A stretch of 64,000 nt of DNA from Anaeromyxobacteraceae bacterium (GTDB lineage Bacteria > Myxococcota > Myxococcia > Myxococcales > Anaeromyxobacteraceae), in assembly GCA_032654565.1 (NCBI GenBank), contig JAULAX010000015.1, positions 512,001 through 576,000 of the forward strand, read 5' to 3'. The notes beneath the pieces are model-generated. The model worked only from the letters and a program-made list of their open reading frames with translations. It ran no database searches and had not been told where the DNA came from. Positions 28,199 through 41,523 of the stretch are shown here, in pieces. The first letter of the stretch is position 1; each line of letters starts with the position of its first letter. The position numbers were made by a program, and so were the translations under genes.

Positions 28199-29680
28199 CT
28201 ACGGCGTGCGGGGGGCGGGGGAAGCGGGCGTGGCCGGGGCCGGCGTCGCCCGGGAGGCGGGGGCGGGAACGGGGGGCGTCGCCGGGGCGGCCGGCGCGAC
28301 GTAGAGGTCGAGCACCTGGTCGAGGGTGCGGCGGCAGACGGCGCAGAAGGGGACCGGGTCGCGCGAGAACATGACGCAGTCGGCCTGCGGCCGGTATGAG
28401 CCGGTGGCCTCGTAGTTGGCCCCCTCGAAGGCCCCCACCCGTCCGTTGAGCGGCGAGAGCAGCGCCGTCTCCTCCCGCTGCTGCAGCGTGAAGAGGGCGT
28501 CCATCTCCGCCTCCGGCCCGTTGCGGGCGCGGATGGCCTTGCGCTGCGCCTGGACCTCGCGGGCCCGCGCCGTGAACTCGGCCTTGGGCCAGGGGGTGGG
28601 GAGCGGCGCGCCGGGCGTGACCAGGTCGGCCCACTTGGCCGCCTTCGGATCGAGGGTGACGTTCCGCTCCCAGGGCTCGACCCGCCCCTCGGCCGGCAGG
28701 TAGGCGGTGTCGCTGGTGAAGTACTCGTCGGCCAGCGCCGCCACCGAGTGGCCCAGCTCGTGGACGAAGACGTAGGGGGCCCACGTCGAGCGGGCCGCCA
28801 CCGTGGTGTAGAGGTTGAAGATGCCGCCCCCGCCGTAGGTGTCGCTGTTGGCGAGGATGGCCAGGGCGTCGTAGGGGGCGAAGGAGGCGACGTCGCGCAG
28901 GGTGCGGTTCTCGAAGCTGAGCAGGTAGCGCTCCGAGCCGAAGGCGTCGTAGGTGGCGCCGACCCGGCTGCGCCGGTGGATGCCGGTGGATGGGCGGGAG
29001 ACGCCCGGCTCCACCGCCGGCGGGCAGAGCCCCCAGACGTTGACGTCGGCCCGCCGGGACCGCCACGGCTCCACCTCGAAGAGGGCCTTCATCAGCCGCC
29101 GGGCGTCGGCCTCGAAGCGGGGGCGGTCGGCGGCCAGGTAGCCGTCGCCGATGAGCAGCAGGTCGAACTTCTGGGAGGGTGGGCCGCTCTTCTGCAGGGC
29201 GATGAGCGGGCCGGGGGAGGCCGGCGGGGCATTGTCGACGAACGGGTCGCGGGGGTCGATGAGCAGCGTCCAGGCCACCACCAGCGACTGGTCGGGGGCC
29301 CGCTTCTTCACCACCACCTTCACCGGCGCCGTGGGGGTGGGGAAGCGCAGTGACTCGGAGAAGGTGCGGGCCTGCCGGCGCGCCTCGTCGGTGGTCTCCC
29401 ACTCGCCGTAGATGGAGGCGAAGCCGCGCGAGTAGAGCAGGGCGTCGCTCTGCTGGTCACGGACCTCGAAGAGGTACTTCCCCAGCCCCAGCCCGTCGAC
29501 GGCCCGGTCGAGCCGGCCGGGGAAGGGCAGCGGCTCGATCACCAGCCGGTCGAGCGAGAAGGTCTCGGCGGCGGCGGTGCCGGTGTGGAAGTAGTCGACC
29601 CGGAAGGTGAGCGGGCGCGTCGGCGGCGCCGCCGGGGCGGCGAGGGCGAGGACGGCGACGAGGGCGGGTATTGCGAGCAT
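28199..29680 (-). CDS. Peptidase M64 (IgA peptidase-like) with N-terminal domain
   Basis: Signal peptide, FRVDYFHTG, YSRGFASIYGEW, YGGGGIFN, FVHELGH..ALADEY, FEGANY..YRP..DCVM..FCAVC. Confidence 0.9.
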   Translation of the reverse strand: MLAIPALVAVLALAAPAAPPTRPLTFRVDYFHTGTAAAETFSLDRLVIEPLPFPGRLDRAVDGLGLGKYLFEVRDQQSDALLYSRGFASIYGEWETTDEARRQARTFSESLRFPTPTAPVKVVVKKRAPDQSLVVAWTLLIDPRDPFVDNAPPASPGPLIALQKSGPPSQKFDLLLIGDGYLAADRPRFEADARRLMKALFEVEPWRSRRADVNVWGLCPPAVEPGVSRPSTGIHRRSRVGATYDAFGSERYLLSFENRTLRDVASFAPYDALAILANSDTYGGGGIFNLYTTVAARSTWAPYVFVHELGHSVAALADEYFTSDTAYLPAEGRVEPWERNVTLDPKAAKWADLVTPGAPLPTPWPKAEFTARAREVQAQRKAIRARNGPEAEMDALFTLQQREETALLSPLNGRVGAFEGANYEATGSYRPQADCVMFSRDPVPFCAVCRRTLDQVLDLYVAPAAPATPPVPAPASRATPAPATPASPAPRTP

Positions 29681-29808
29681 GGTCCGGTCATACCGCGCCG
29701 CGACCGCCCCGGCACCGGGAGATGGCCCTTTGGGACCAGCGGCCCCTCCGGGTCGAAAGCGTCCGCGAGGTTGCGCCACCCCCGGTGTGCGATCTAGCCT
29801 CTCTCCCG

Positions 29809-29994
29809 ATGCCGCCGCTTCCCCCAGACAGGCCGACCGCGCCCCGCCAGCTTCCGGCGGAGCTGCTGCCGTTCAAGCCGTGGATGCTGGCGCTGGCCGT
29901 CTTCACCGCCTGCGCGCTCGGCATCGCCATCATGGAAGACCTGCGCTCGCCCCGCGACCTGTGGGCGCAGAACGGCGCCGCCTCGCGCCGCTAG
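29809..29994 (+). CDS. Small single-TM hypothetical protein (61 aa)
   Basis: One hydrophobic helix (WMLALAVFTACALGIAIM), host-like codons, fills the gap between M64 and ilvD. Confidence 0.45.
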   Translation: MPPLPPDRPTAPRQLPAELLPFKPWMLALAVFTACALGIAIMEDLRSPRDLWAQNGAASRR

Positions 29995-30120
29995 GTCGCC
30001 CCCCGCAACCCTGGCCATCCTCGGTGGTGCGCCTGGCCAGGGCGCGACGACGCCCGGGCGCGTCGCCGGGACGCTGCGGGGCGGTTGACTCGCCGCACCC
30101 GGCGGAGTGACAACCTCCAC

Positions 30121-31794
30121 ATGCGCTCCGACATCGTCAAGAAGGGGTTCGAGCGGGCCCCCCACCGCAGCCTGCTCCGCGCCGTCGGCCTGAAGGACGA
30201 GGACTTCGACAAGCCCTTCATCGGCATCGCCAACAGCCACATCGACATCATCCCCGGCCACTTCTACCTGCAGGAGTACGGCCGCATCGCCAAGGACGAG
30301 ATCCGCAAGGCCGGCGGCGTCCCCTTCGAGTTCAACACCATCGGCGTCGACGACGGCATCGCCATGGGGCACGGCGGCATGAAGTACTCGCTCCCCTCCC
30401 GCGAGCTGATCGCCGACTCGGTGGAGACGGTGATGGAGGCCCACCAGCTCGACGCCCTGCTCTGCATCCCCAACTGCGACAAGATCGTGCCGGGCATGGT
30501 GATGGGGGCGCTGCGCGTCGACGTCCCCACCGTCTTCTGCTCGGGGGGGCCGATGAAGGCCGGGGTGCTCTCCGACGGCACCTCCGTCGACCTCTCCACC
30601 GCCTTCGAGGCGGTGGCCAAGCGGGCCCAGGGGAAGATGACCGACGAGGAGCTCTACGAGATCGAGTGCAAGGCCTGCCCCTCGGGCGGCTCCTGCTCCG
30701 GCATGTTCACCGCCAACTCCATGAACGTGCTCTGCGAGGCCATGGGGATCGCCCTGCCCGGCAACGGCACCATCCTGGCGCGGACGCCGGAGCGCGAGGC
30801 CCTGGTCCGCGCCGCCGCCCGGCGCACCGTGGAGATCGCGCTCCGGCCCGAGTACAGGATGCGCACCATCCTGAACCGCGACGCGGTGCAGAACGCCATC
30901 GTGGTCGACATGGCCATGGGCGGCTCCTCCAACACCATCCTCCACCTGCTGGCCATCGCCCGCGAGGCCGGGGTGCCGCTCACGCTCAGGGACATCGAGG
31001 CGGTGGCGGCCCGGGTGGCCCACGTCGCCAAGATCGCCCCCTCGCTCTCCACCGTGCACATCGAGGACGTGCACAAGGCCGGCGGCGTGGGGGCGGTGCT
31101 CAAGGAGATCGCCCGGCGCGGCGACGTGGTCCGCACCGGCGCCCTCACCGTCAGCGGCGAGACCATCGGCGACCGGGTCGCCGCCGCCGAGGTGAAGGAC
31201 CGGGGCGTCATCCACGATCTCGAGCACGCCTTCAGCCCGGTGGGCGGCATCGCGGTGCTCTTCGGCAACCTGGCCATGGAGGGGGCGGTGGTGAAGACCG
31301 CCGGCATCGAGCCGGGGATGAGGAAGTTCACCGGCGCGGCCATCTGCTTCGACTCGCAGGACGACGCCGTGGCCGGGATCATGGCCGGCCGGGTCAAGGC
31401 CGGCCACTTCGTGGTGATCCGCTACGAGGGGCCCAAGGGCGGGCCGGGCATGCAGGAGATGCTCTCGCCCACGGCGCTGATCATGGGGATGGGGCTGGGC
31501 AACTCGGTCGGCCTGGTCACCGACGGCCGCTTCTCCGGCGCCACCCGCGGCGCCTGCGTCGGCCACGTCTCTCCGGAGGCGGCCGAGGGGGGGACCATCG
31601 CCCTGGTGCAGGACGGCGACCCCATCACCATCGACGTCGAGGCCCGGGCCCTGACGCTGGGGGTCCCGGAGGCGGCGCTGGCCACCCGGCGCGCCGCCTG
31701 GAAGGCGCCGAAGAAGGAGATCCGCTCCAAGTGGCTGCGGCGCTACGCGGCCCAGGTCACCAACGCCTCCAACGGCGCGGTGCTGGAGGCGTAG
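30121..31794 (+). CDS. ilvD: Dihydroxy-acid dehydratase
   Basis: [71 protein letters not shown]. Confidence 0.97.
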   Translation: MRSDIVKKGFERAPHRSLLRAVGLKDEDFDKPFIGIANSHIDIIPGHFYLQEYGRIAKDEIRKAGGVPFEFNTIGVDDGIAMGHGGMKYSLPSRELIADSVETVMEAHQLDALLCIPNCDKIVPGMVMGALRVDVPTVFCSGGPMKAGVLSDGTSVDLSTAFEAVAKRAQGKMTDEELYEIECKACPSGGSCSGMFTANSMNVLCEAMGIALPGNGTILARTPEREALVRAAARRTVEIALRPEYRMRTILNRDAVQNAIVVDMAMGGSSNTILHLLAIAREAGVPLTLRDIEAVAARVAHVAKIAPSLSTVHIEDVHKAGGVGAVLKEIARRGDVVRTGALTVSGETIGDRVAAAEVKDRGVIHDLEHAFSPVGGIAVLFGNLAMEGAVVKTAGIEPGMRKFTGAAICFDSQDDAVAGIMAGRVKAGHFVVIRYEGPKGGPGMQEMLSPTALIMGMGLGNSVGLVTDGRFSGATRGACVGHVSPEAAEGGTIALVQDGDPITIDVEARALTLGVPEAALATRRAAWKAPKKEIRSKWLRRYAAQVTNASNGAVLEA

Positions 31795-31941
31795 GCGCGG
31801 GGGTGCTGGAGGCGCGGCTAGGCCGATCCAAGGCCCCCGGTGGGGTGGCCCAGTCGGTTTCGCCCAGATGGCCCGGACGCCAGCGCGCTGCTGCCCTATG
31901 GTCTCCCTGCACCGCGCTCGGATGCGGGCAGGAGGCCGTTC

Positions 31942-32634
31942 ATGCGCACATGGTCCGTCGTGGTGGTTGGGCTGCTCCTCGTTGGCTGCTCGAGCGGGAG
32001 CAAGGGTGACCAGGGTCCTGCCGGTCCTGCCGGTCCGGCCGGAGCCACCGGTCCCCAGGGCATCGCTGGAACCGCAGGAGCTCCGGGGGCCGACGGGGCC
32101 CCGGGACCGCAAGGCAACCCTGGAACCGCAGGAGCTCCGGGGGCGGACGGGGCCCCGGGACCCCAAGGCACCCCCGGAACAGCAGGTACTCCAGGAGCGG
32201 ATGGGGCCCCGGGACCGCAGGGACCGTCTGGCGTGGTCCGGGTGCTCCGGCAGTTCGGCACCTTCCAGACCATCATCCCGGCCCTCGGCTCGCCGATCAC
32301 CATCTGCAAGACGGCCCCATACGTGGCCGGCGCCGGGGAGACCGCGGTGATCCGGGCCCAGGTGAACTGCCCGGTCCTGGTGAACCAGGGGCTCTACTTC
32401 GCCGCGGCCCAGTCGACCAACGCCGGGCCTGACTTCCCCGTCGGGGCCTCCTGGGCGGTCACCAACAACACGCCGAACAACGCCTGGCACGTGACCGGGC
32501 AGGACCAGGTGTTCCTGCTGGGGGCGGGCGCCAGCTACACCTTCTCCATGCTGCTCTCCAACAACTCGCCCAGCCCCTACCCGAGTGAGGTCTTCTGCGG
32601 CTGCAGCACCGTGGTCCAGGTGGTGCGGGAGTAG
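31942..32634 (+). CDS. Collagen-like (Gly-X-Y) lipoprotein with C-terminal globular domain
   Basis: GGAGG RBS, lipobox LLVG-C, about 26 uninterrupted GXY triplets, ~135-aa beta-rich C-domain. Confidence 0.85.
   Translation: MRTWSVVVVGLLLVGCSSGSKGDQGPAGPAGPAGATGPQGIAGTAGAPGADGAPGPQGNPGTAGAPGADGAPGPQGTPGTAGTPGADGAPGPQGPSGVVRVLRQFGTFQTIIPALGSPITICKTAPYVAGAGETAVIRAQVNCPVLVNQGLYFAAAQSTNAGPDFPVGASWAVTNNTPNNAWHVTGQDQVFLLGAGASYTFSMLLSNNSPSPYPSEVFCGCSTVVQVVRE
32068..32229 (+). repeat. Three 54-bp tandem repeats encoding GTAG(A/T)[13 protein letters not shown]
   Basis: Units start at 32068, 32122 and 32176. Confidence 0.9.
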
Positions 32635-32732
32635 GCGGACCCCGGGGGCGCCGCCACCGCGCCGACCCAGCGCCGGGCGGACGCCAGTCGTCGTTCGCCC
32701 GGGGTGGGAGCCAGAGCGGGCTTCGTGACGCC

Positions 32733-34301
32733 TCAGCCCCGCGCGAACAGCGCCGTCGGCCCCGAGCCCTCGGCGCGGGCCCGGCCGCTGGCGGCCAGGT
32801 GCTCGAGCAGCAGGAAGACCGGCTCGACGTCGTCGCCGGCCCCGGCCGCCGCCGCCACCGCCGCGGCCGGGCGCGGCTCGGCGGTGAGCGCCGCCAGCAC
32901 CTTCCCCTGCAGCGCCAGCACCGTCGCCGCCGCCTTCTTGCCGGCCTCGACGCCGGGCTGGTGGTAGGCGTTGACGCCGACCAGCAGCGCGTAGAGCCCC
33001 ACCGCCCGCTCGAAGAGGGCGATCAGCGCCCCCACGGTCCGGGCGTCCACCCGGGTGACGGTGAGCGTCAGCGAGGCCCGGTCGTTCCCGGCCAGGGCGG
33101 CGCGGGTCCCCAGCAGGAGGCCGTGCAGGTAGTCGCCGGCGGTCACCCCCGGCTCCACCTCCAGCGGCGCGCCGCCAGGCTCCAGCACCCGCACGAAGGC
33201 GGCGAAGAAGTCGGGGACGCCGTCGCGCAGCTGCTGCACGTAGGCGTGCTGGTCGGTGGAGCCCTTGTTGCCGTAGACGGTGAGCCCCTGGTCGACGCGG
33301 TGGCCCTGCAGGTCGAGCCGCTTGCCGATCGACTCCATGACCAGCTGCTGCAGGTAGCGGGAGAGGAGCAGCAGCGAGTCCTTGTAGGGGAGCACCACCA
33401 TGGCCTTGTCGCCGATGCCGCCGGTGGCCTGGTACCAGCAGAGGGCCATCAGCGCCGCCGGGTTGGCCAGCGCGTCGGCCACCCGGGTGGCCTGGTCCAT
33501 GGCGGCGGCGCCGGCTAGCAGCCCGTCGATGTCGATCCCCTGCAGCGCCGCGGGGAGCAGCCCCACCGCCGAGAGCTCGCTGGTCCGCCCGCCGATCCAG
33601 TCCCACATGGGGAAGCGGGCCAGCCACTCGGCCGCCTCGGCGCGCCGGTCGAGCGCCGAGCCGGCCTGGGTGATGGCCACGGCGTGGCGCGCGAAGGGGA
33701 GCCCGGCGGCGGCGAAGGCCGCCTCCACCGCCAGCATGCCGTTGCGGGTCTCCGGGGTGCCGCCGCTCTTGGAGGTGACCACCACCAGCGTCTCGCCGAG
33801 GGCCGGCCCGAGCCGGGCCAGCACCCGGGCGAAGCCGTCGGGGTCGGTGTTGTCGAGGAACCACGGGGTGAGCCGGTCGCGCCCCGGGTCGCCCAGGGCG
33901 TCGGCCACGAACATGGGACCGAGCGAGGAGCCGCCGATGCCGACGCAGAGCAGCTGGGTGAAGCGGGGCGCCTGGCCCGGCCGCACCCGGCCGGCGTGGA
34001 CGTCGGCGGTGAAGCGCCGCACGTCGAGGAGCGCTCCCTCGATGGCGCCGCGCAGCTCGACGCGCGGAGCCAGCGCCGGGTCGCGCAGCCAGTAGTGGCC
34101 GACCATGCGCTGCTCGTCGGGGTTGGCGATGGCGCCACCCTCCAGCGCCGCCATGGCGGCGAAGGCCTGGGCCAGGGGGCCGGCCAGCCGGTCGAGGAAG
34201 GGCTGGTCGAGCCCCATCAGGCTGGCGTCGAGCGAGAAGCCCAGCCCGGGCAGGTCGCTGCGGTAGCGGAGGAAGCGTTCCCAGTGTTCGGAGCCGGTCA
34301 T
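32733..34301 (-). CDS. pgi: Glucose-6-phosphate isomerase
   Basis: [54 protein letters not shown]. Confidence 0.96.
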   Translation of the reverse strand: MTGSEHWERFLRYRSDLPGLGFSLDASLMGLDQPFLDRLAGPLAQAFAAMAALEGGAIANPDEQRMVGHYWLRDPALAPRVELRGAIEGALLDVRRFTADVHAGRVRPGQAPRFTQLLCVGIGGSSLGPMFVADALGDPGRDRLTPWFLDNTDPDGFARVLARLGPALGETLVVVTSKSGGTPETRNGMLAVEAAFAAAGLPFARHAVAITQAGSALDRRAEAAEWLARFPMWDWIGGRTSELSAVGLLPAALQGIDIDGLLAGAAAMDQATRVADALANPAALMALCWYQATGGIGDKAMVVLPYKDSLLLLSRYLQQLVMESIGKRLDLQGHRVDQGLTVYGNKGSTDQHAYVQQLRDGVPDFFAAFVRVLEPGGAPLEVEPGVTAGDYLHGLLLGTRAALAGNDRASLTLTVTRVDARTVGALIALFERAVGLYALLVGVNAYHQPGVEAGKKAAATVLALQGKVLAALTAEPRPAAAVAAAAGAGDDVEPVFLLLEHLAASGRARAEGSGPTALFARG

Positions 34302-34311
34302 GCCGGTCAGT

Positions 34312-35555
34312 CTAGCCCGGCGCCTTCACCCACGCCGCCGCGAAGAACCCGTCGGTGCCGTGCCGGTGGGGGAGGGTGCGCAGGAAGCCATCGGCGCCGA
34401 GCACCGCCGCCGGCGCCGCCGGTGGGGTCCGCCGCCAGCCCGGCGCGGTCGCCTCGAAGGCCAGCGCCACCGCCTCGTCCTCCTCCCGGCGGAAGGTGCA
34501 GGTGGCGTAGACCAGCCGGCCGCCGGGCCGGACCGCCGCGGCCGCCTCGCGGAGCAGGGAGAGCTGCAGGGCGGGCAACGCCGCGAAGCCGGCCGGGTCG
34601 ATGCGCCAGCGCTGGTCGGGGCCACGCCGCAGCGCCCCCAGCTCGGAGCAGGGGGCGTCCACCAGCGCCCCGTCCACCCGCAGCCCCGGCGGCGGCGCCG
34701 CGCCGCGCGGCTCGACGATGGCGGCGGCCCCGGCCCGGGCGGCCCGCTCCGCCAGCCGCACCAGCCGCCCGGCGTCGAGGTCGCAGGCCAGCACCCGGCC
34801 CCCCGGCCCCACCGCGGCCGCCAGCGCCAGCGCCTTGCCACCCGCCCCGGCGCAGCGATCCAGCACCCGGTCGCCGGGGCCGGCCCCCAGCGCCAGCGCC
34901 AGCAGCTGGCTCCCCTCGTCCTGCACCTCGAAGCGGCCGGAGCGCCAGGCAAAGAGGCCGCGGATGTTCACGCGCGGTGAGGTGACCAGCAGCCCGTCGG
35001 GGGCCAGCGGCGCCGGGCGGGTCGGCACCCCCTCGGCGAGCAGCGCCGCCGCCAGCGCCTCGCGGTCCCCGCGCAGCCGGTTGGCTCGCAGCGCCACCGG
35101 GCCGGGGAGGTTGAGGGCGTCGGCCAGCGCCCCGGCCTGGTCGCCGGCGGCGGCCCGCAGCTCCGCGGCCAGCCAGTCGGGGAGCGAGGCCCGGTCGGCC
35201 AGCCCGGTCGGCGCCGGGCCGGGCGGCGGCAGGGCGTCGTCGGCGAGGCCGGCCAGCGCGGCGGCGTCGTCCCGGCCGGCCAGGTCGCGCAGCAGCAGCG
35301 CCAGCAGCAGCCTCGGCGTGCCCGGGGCGCCGCCCAGGGCGCAGCGCAGGCGGCGGCGCCAGAGCCCGACGCCGAAGATGGCCTCGGCGCAGGCGGCCCG
35401 CCCCGGGGCCTCGAGCTGGCGGTGGGCGCGCAGGAACCGGTCGAGGACCCGCTCGGCGGCCCCTCCGGCCAGCACCTCGGCCAGCGCCGGCTCCAGCGCC
35501 GCCGCCAGCCCGGCCAGCGCCTCGAAGGGCACCTCGCCGAGCCGGGACGGCCCGT

Positions 35556-35559
<4 letters not shown>
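34312..35559 (-). CDS. RsmB/NOP2-family RNA m5C methyltransferase
   Basis: [44 protein letters not shown]. Confidence 0.9.
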
Positions 35560-37322
<1,763 letters not shown>

Positions 37323-37386
37323 AGCAGGCTGCCACGGCCTCGGCGTGAAGGTGCGCACCGGCGGGCGGCGGGGGTAGCATGGCGGC

Positions 37387-37866
37387 GTGTCGATCCTGCT
37401 CTACGCCCTCGGGGTGCTGGCGCTGCTGGCCGGGCTGGCCGGCGTGGTGCTCCCGGTGCTGCCGGGGGCGCTGGCGCTCTGGGGCGGCGTCTGGCTGGTC
37501 GCCTGGGCCGGCGACTTCCAGCGGGTGGGGGCGGCGACCCTCACCGTCACCGGGGTGCTGGCGCTGCTCATCGTGGCGGCCGACTGGGCGGCCACCGCGC
37601 TCGGCGCCAAGGCCTTCGGGGCCTCGCGCTGGGCGGTGGCGGGGGCCACCCTGGGGCTGCTGGTCGGTCTCTTCCTGGGGCCGGTCGGCATCCTGCTCGG
37701 GCCGGTGGTGGGGGCGGTGGCCTTCGAGCTCTGGAAGGATCCCAACCTGGAGAAGGCGCTCGGGGCCGGCGTGGGGACGCTGGTCGGCTTCCTGGTGGGG
37801 AGCGTGGTCAAGGTGATCCTGGCCTTCCTGCTCCTCGGGGCTCTCCTCATCGGCCTGCTGCTCTGA
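37387..37866 (+). CDS. DUF456-family membrane protein
   Basis: GVVLPVLPG, GAKAFGASRW, GILLGPVVGA..EL motifs. Confidence 0.8.
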   Translation: MSILLYALGVLALLAGLAGVVLPVLPGALALWGGVWLVAWAGDFQRVGAATLTVTGVLALLIVAADWAATALGAKAFGASRWAVAGATLGLLVGLFLGPVGILLGPVVGAVAFELWKDPNLEKALGAGVGTLVGFLVGSVVKVILAFLLLGALLIGLLL

Positions 37867-37966
37867 CTCAAGCCTCGCCCGGATGCGGCGTGGCGGGGCC
37901 GCGGCCTCCGCCCGAGCAGGCGGCGGGCTTGCGCCGGGCGCCGCGACCGGGCACAAGGTCCACCCC

Positions 37967-38854
37967 GTGTCACCCCGCGTCCTGCTGGTCTACGTCGGCA
38001 TCTGCGTCCTCTGGGGCTCCACCTGGCTGGCGGCCAAGCTGGGGCTCGAGGACCTGCCGCCGCTGCGCCTGGTGGCGGCGCGGATGGTCCTCTCCACCCT
38101 GCTGCTCCTGCCGCTGGCGCTGCGCGGCGGGGTGGCCCGGCTCAAGCCCCGCGAGTGGCGCTGGGTGCTGCTCATCGGCCTGCTGCAGGTGACCATCCCC
38201 TACGCGCTCATGTTCGTGGGCCAGACCATGGTCCCCTCGGCGCTGGCGGCCATCCTCTTCTGCACCTTCCCCATCTGGCTGGTGCTGCTGGGCTGGTGGC
38301 TGGTGCCGGGCGAGCGGCTCACCTGGAACAAGGCGCTGCTGTCGCTGGTGGGGGTGGCCGGCGTGGTGGTGCTGCACCTCGGCGCCCGGGCGGCCGATCC
38401 CGGCGGGGGGCGGCTGGGGCTGGGGGCGCTGCTCATCACCGCCGGCGCCGCCTCCTGCGCCCTGGCCAACGCCCTGGTCCGCCGCCGCGGCCTGCACCAC
38501 ACCCCGGCGGTGATGACCTTCGTGCAGACGCTGGGGGCCAGCCTGGTGCTCTCGGCGGCGGCCCTGGCGCTGGAGGGGGGCGTGCCCGGCGCCTGGACGG
38601 CGCGGGCGCTCGGCTCGATCGGCTACCTGGCGCTGGGGGGGACGGTGCTCACCTACGTGGGCCTCTACTGGCTGCTGCCGCGCATCTCGCTGGTGGCGGT
38701 CGGCACCATCCCGCTGGTGGACACCACCGTGGCCCTGACCCTGGGGACGCTGGTGGCCGGGGAGCGGCTCACCCTGCCCATGCTGGGCGGCGCGGCGCTG
38801 GTGCTGCTGGCCGCCGCGCTCTCCATCACCCGCCCGGCGGCGCCGGGGGCGTAG
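37967..38854 (+). CDS. EamA/DMT-family transporter
   Basis: LWGSTWLA.K, about 10 TM segments in two repeats, GERLT twice. Confidence 0.88.
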   Translation: MSPRVLLVYVGICVLWGSTWLAAKLGLEDLPPLRLVAARMVLSTLLLLPLALRGGVARLKPREWRWVLLIGLLQVTIPYALMFVGQTMVPSALAAILFCTFPIWLVLLGWWLVPGERLTWNKALLSLVGVAGVVVLHLGARAADPGGGRLGLGALLITAGAASCALANALVRRRGLHHTPAVMTFVQTLGASLVLSAAALALEGGVPGAWTARALGSIGYLALGGTVLTYVGLYWLLPRISLVAVGTIPLVDTTVALTLGTLVAGERLTLPMLGGAALVLLAAALSITRPAAPGA

Positions 38855-38887
38855 CCGGCCGGGCCGCGCTGCGGTAGAGGAGGGGGC

Positions 38888-39610
38888 GTGAAGCCCTGGG
38901 AGACCATCGAGAAGGCGCTGGCGCCGGACGGCACCGAGATGGTGCTGGCCCACCGCGACGGCGAGTGGGTGGTCCGCTACGGCGGCAAGGTGCTGATGTC
39001 GAGCCGGCAGCACGGCTCGGAGGACGCCCTGGCCGAGCTGGCGCTCAAGAAGGCCCGCCACCGCCGGGCCGTGCTGGTGGGCGGCCTGGGGCTGGGGTTC
39101 ACGGCGCGCGCCGCGCTGGAGCGGATCCCCACCGACGCGAAGGTGGTGGTGGCCGAGCTGACCCCGGCGCTGCTCGACTGGAACCGGCGGCTGGTGGGCA
39201 AGCTGGCCGGCCGGCCGCTCGACGACCCGCGCTGCAAGGTCCACGTCGGCGACGTCATGGACCGGATCGCCGAGGCGCGGGGCGCCTACGACGCCGTCCT
39301 GCTCGACGTCGACAACGGCCCGGGCTCGATGGTCCACGAGGCCAACCACCGCATCTACGGGGACCGCGGCGTGGCCGCCTGCCGGGCGGCGCTGGCCGAG
39401 GGCGGGGTGCTGGCGGTCTGGAGCGCCCACCACGACGAGCCCTACCTGCGCCGCCTGGAGAAGGGCGGCTTCACCGCCACGGCGCGGGTGGTGCCGGCGC
39501 GCGGGGCCGCCGGCGGGCTCAAGCACGTGCTCTTCATCGCGGTCAACGCCCCCCCGGCGCGGCGGCGCGGCGGCGGACGGCCCCGGGGGCGCACCGGGCC
39601 GCGGAGCTGA
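38888..39610 (+). CDS. Spermidine synthase-like class I SAM-dependent methyltransferase
   Basis: MKPWE..DG.E, LMSSR.HGSE.ALA, VLVGGLGLGFT, LLDVDNGP, LAVWS. Confidence 0.8.
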   Translation: MKPWETIEKALAPDGTEMVLAHRDGEWVVRYGGKVLMSSRQHGSEDALAELALKKARHRRAVLVGGLGLGFTARAALERIPTDAKVVVAELTPALLDWNRRLVGKLAGRPLDDPRCKVHVGDVMDRIAEARGAYDAVLLDVDNGPGSMVHEANHRIYGDRGVAACRAALAEGGVLAVWSAHHDEPYLRRLEKGGFTATARVVPARGAAGGLKHVLFIAVNAPPARRRGGGRPRGRTGPRS

Positions 39611-39722
39611 TGGGCGCCGCGGTCCAGCGGGTCTCGCCGCACCGCCCCACCGGGGCCGGGACCCTCACCCCCCGCGCCGCCGGCTTGACCTCGGCGTCGC
39701 CGGCGTGCGAGATCGCGCCCCC

Positions 39723-41357
<1,635 letters not shown>

Positions 41358-41379
41358 GGGGGCCTGGTCGGTCCACGCA

Positions 41380-41518
41380 GGCCTCGCGACGGGAGGCCGC
41401 CGGACGGGCGCGAGCGTCGCAGCCCCAGGCATGATCGCCGGATCGGACCGGCACCTGGCGAGACGGCGCGCCGGAGGCGCGGCGAGCGACCCGGACCGGC
41501 GGCGCCCGTCGTGAGGCC
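41380..41518. repeat. Imperfect ~29-bp inverted repeat enclosing ~80 bp, between convergent genes
   Basis: GGCCTCGCGACGGGAGGCCGCCGGACGGG versus reverse complement of right arm GGCCTCACGACGGGCGCCGCCGGTCCGGG. Confidence 0.55.
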
Positions 41519-41523
41519 GAGGA

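Noticed and set aside
29794..33864. Very long alternative-frame ORFs (1356 aa here; also 53767-57390, 20873-23464, 35739-38192 and the first half of 10678-13755)
   Set aside because: Shadow ORFs typical of very high GC DNA. They are Arg/Gly/Pro-rich and overlap well-supported genes. Only the embedded in-frame real genes were kept.
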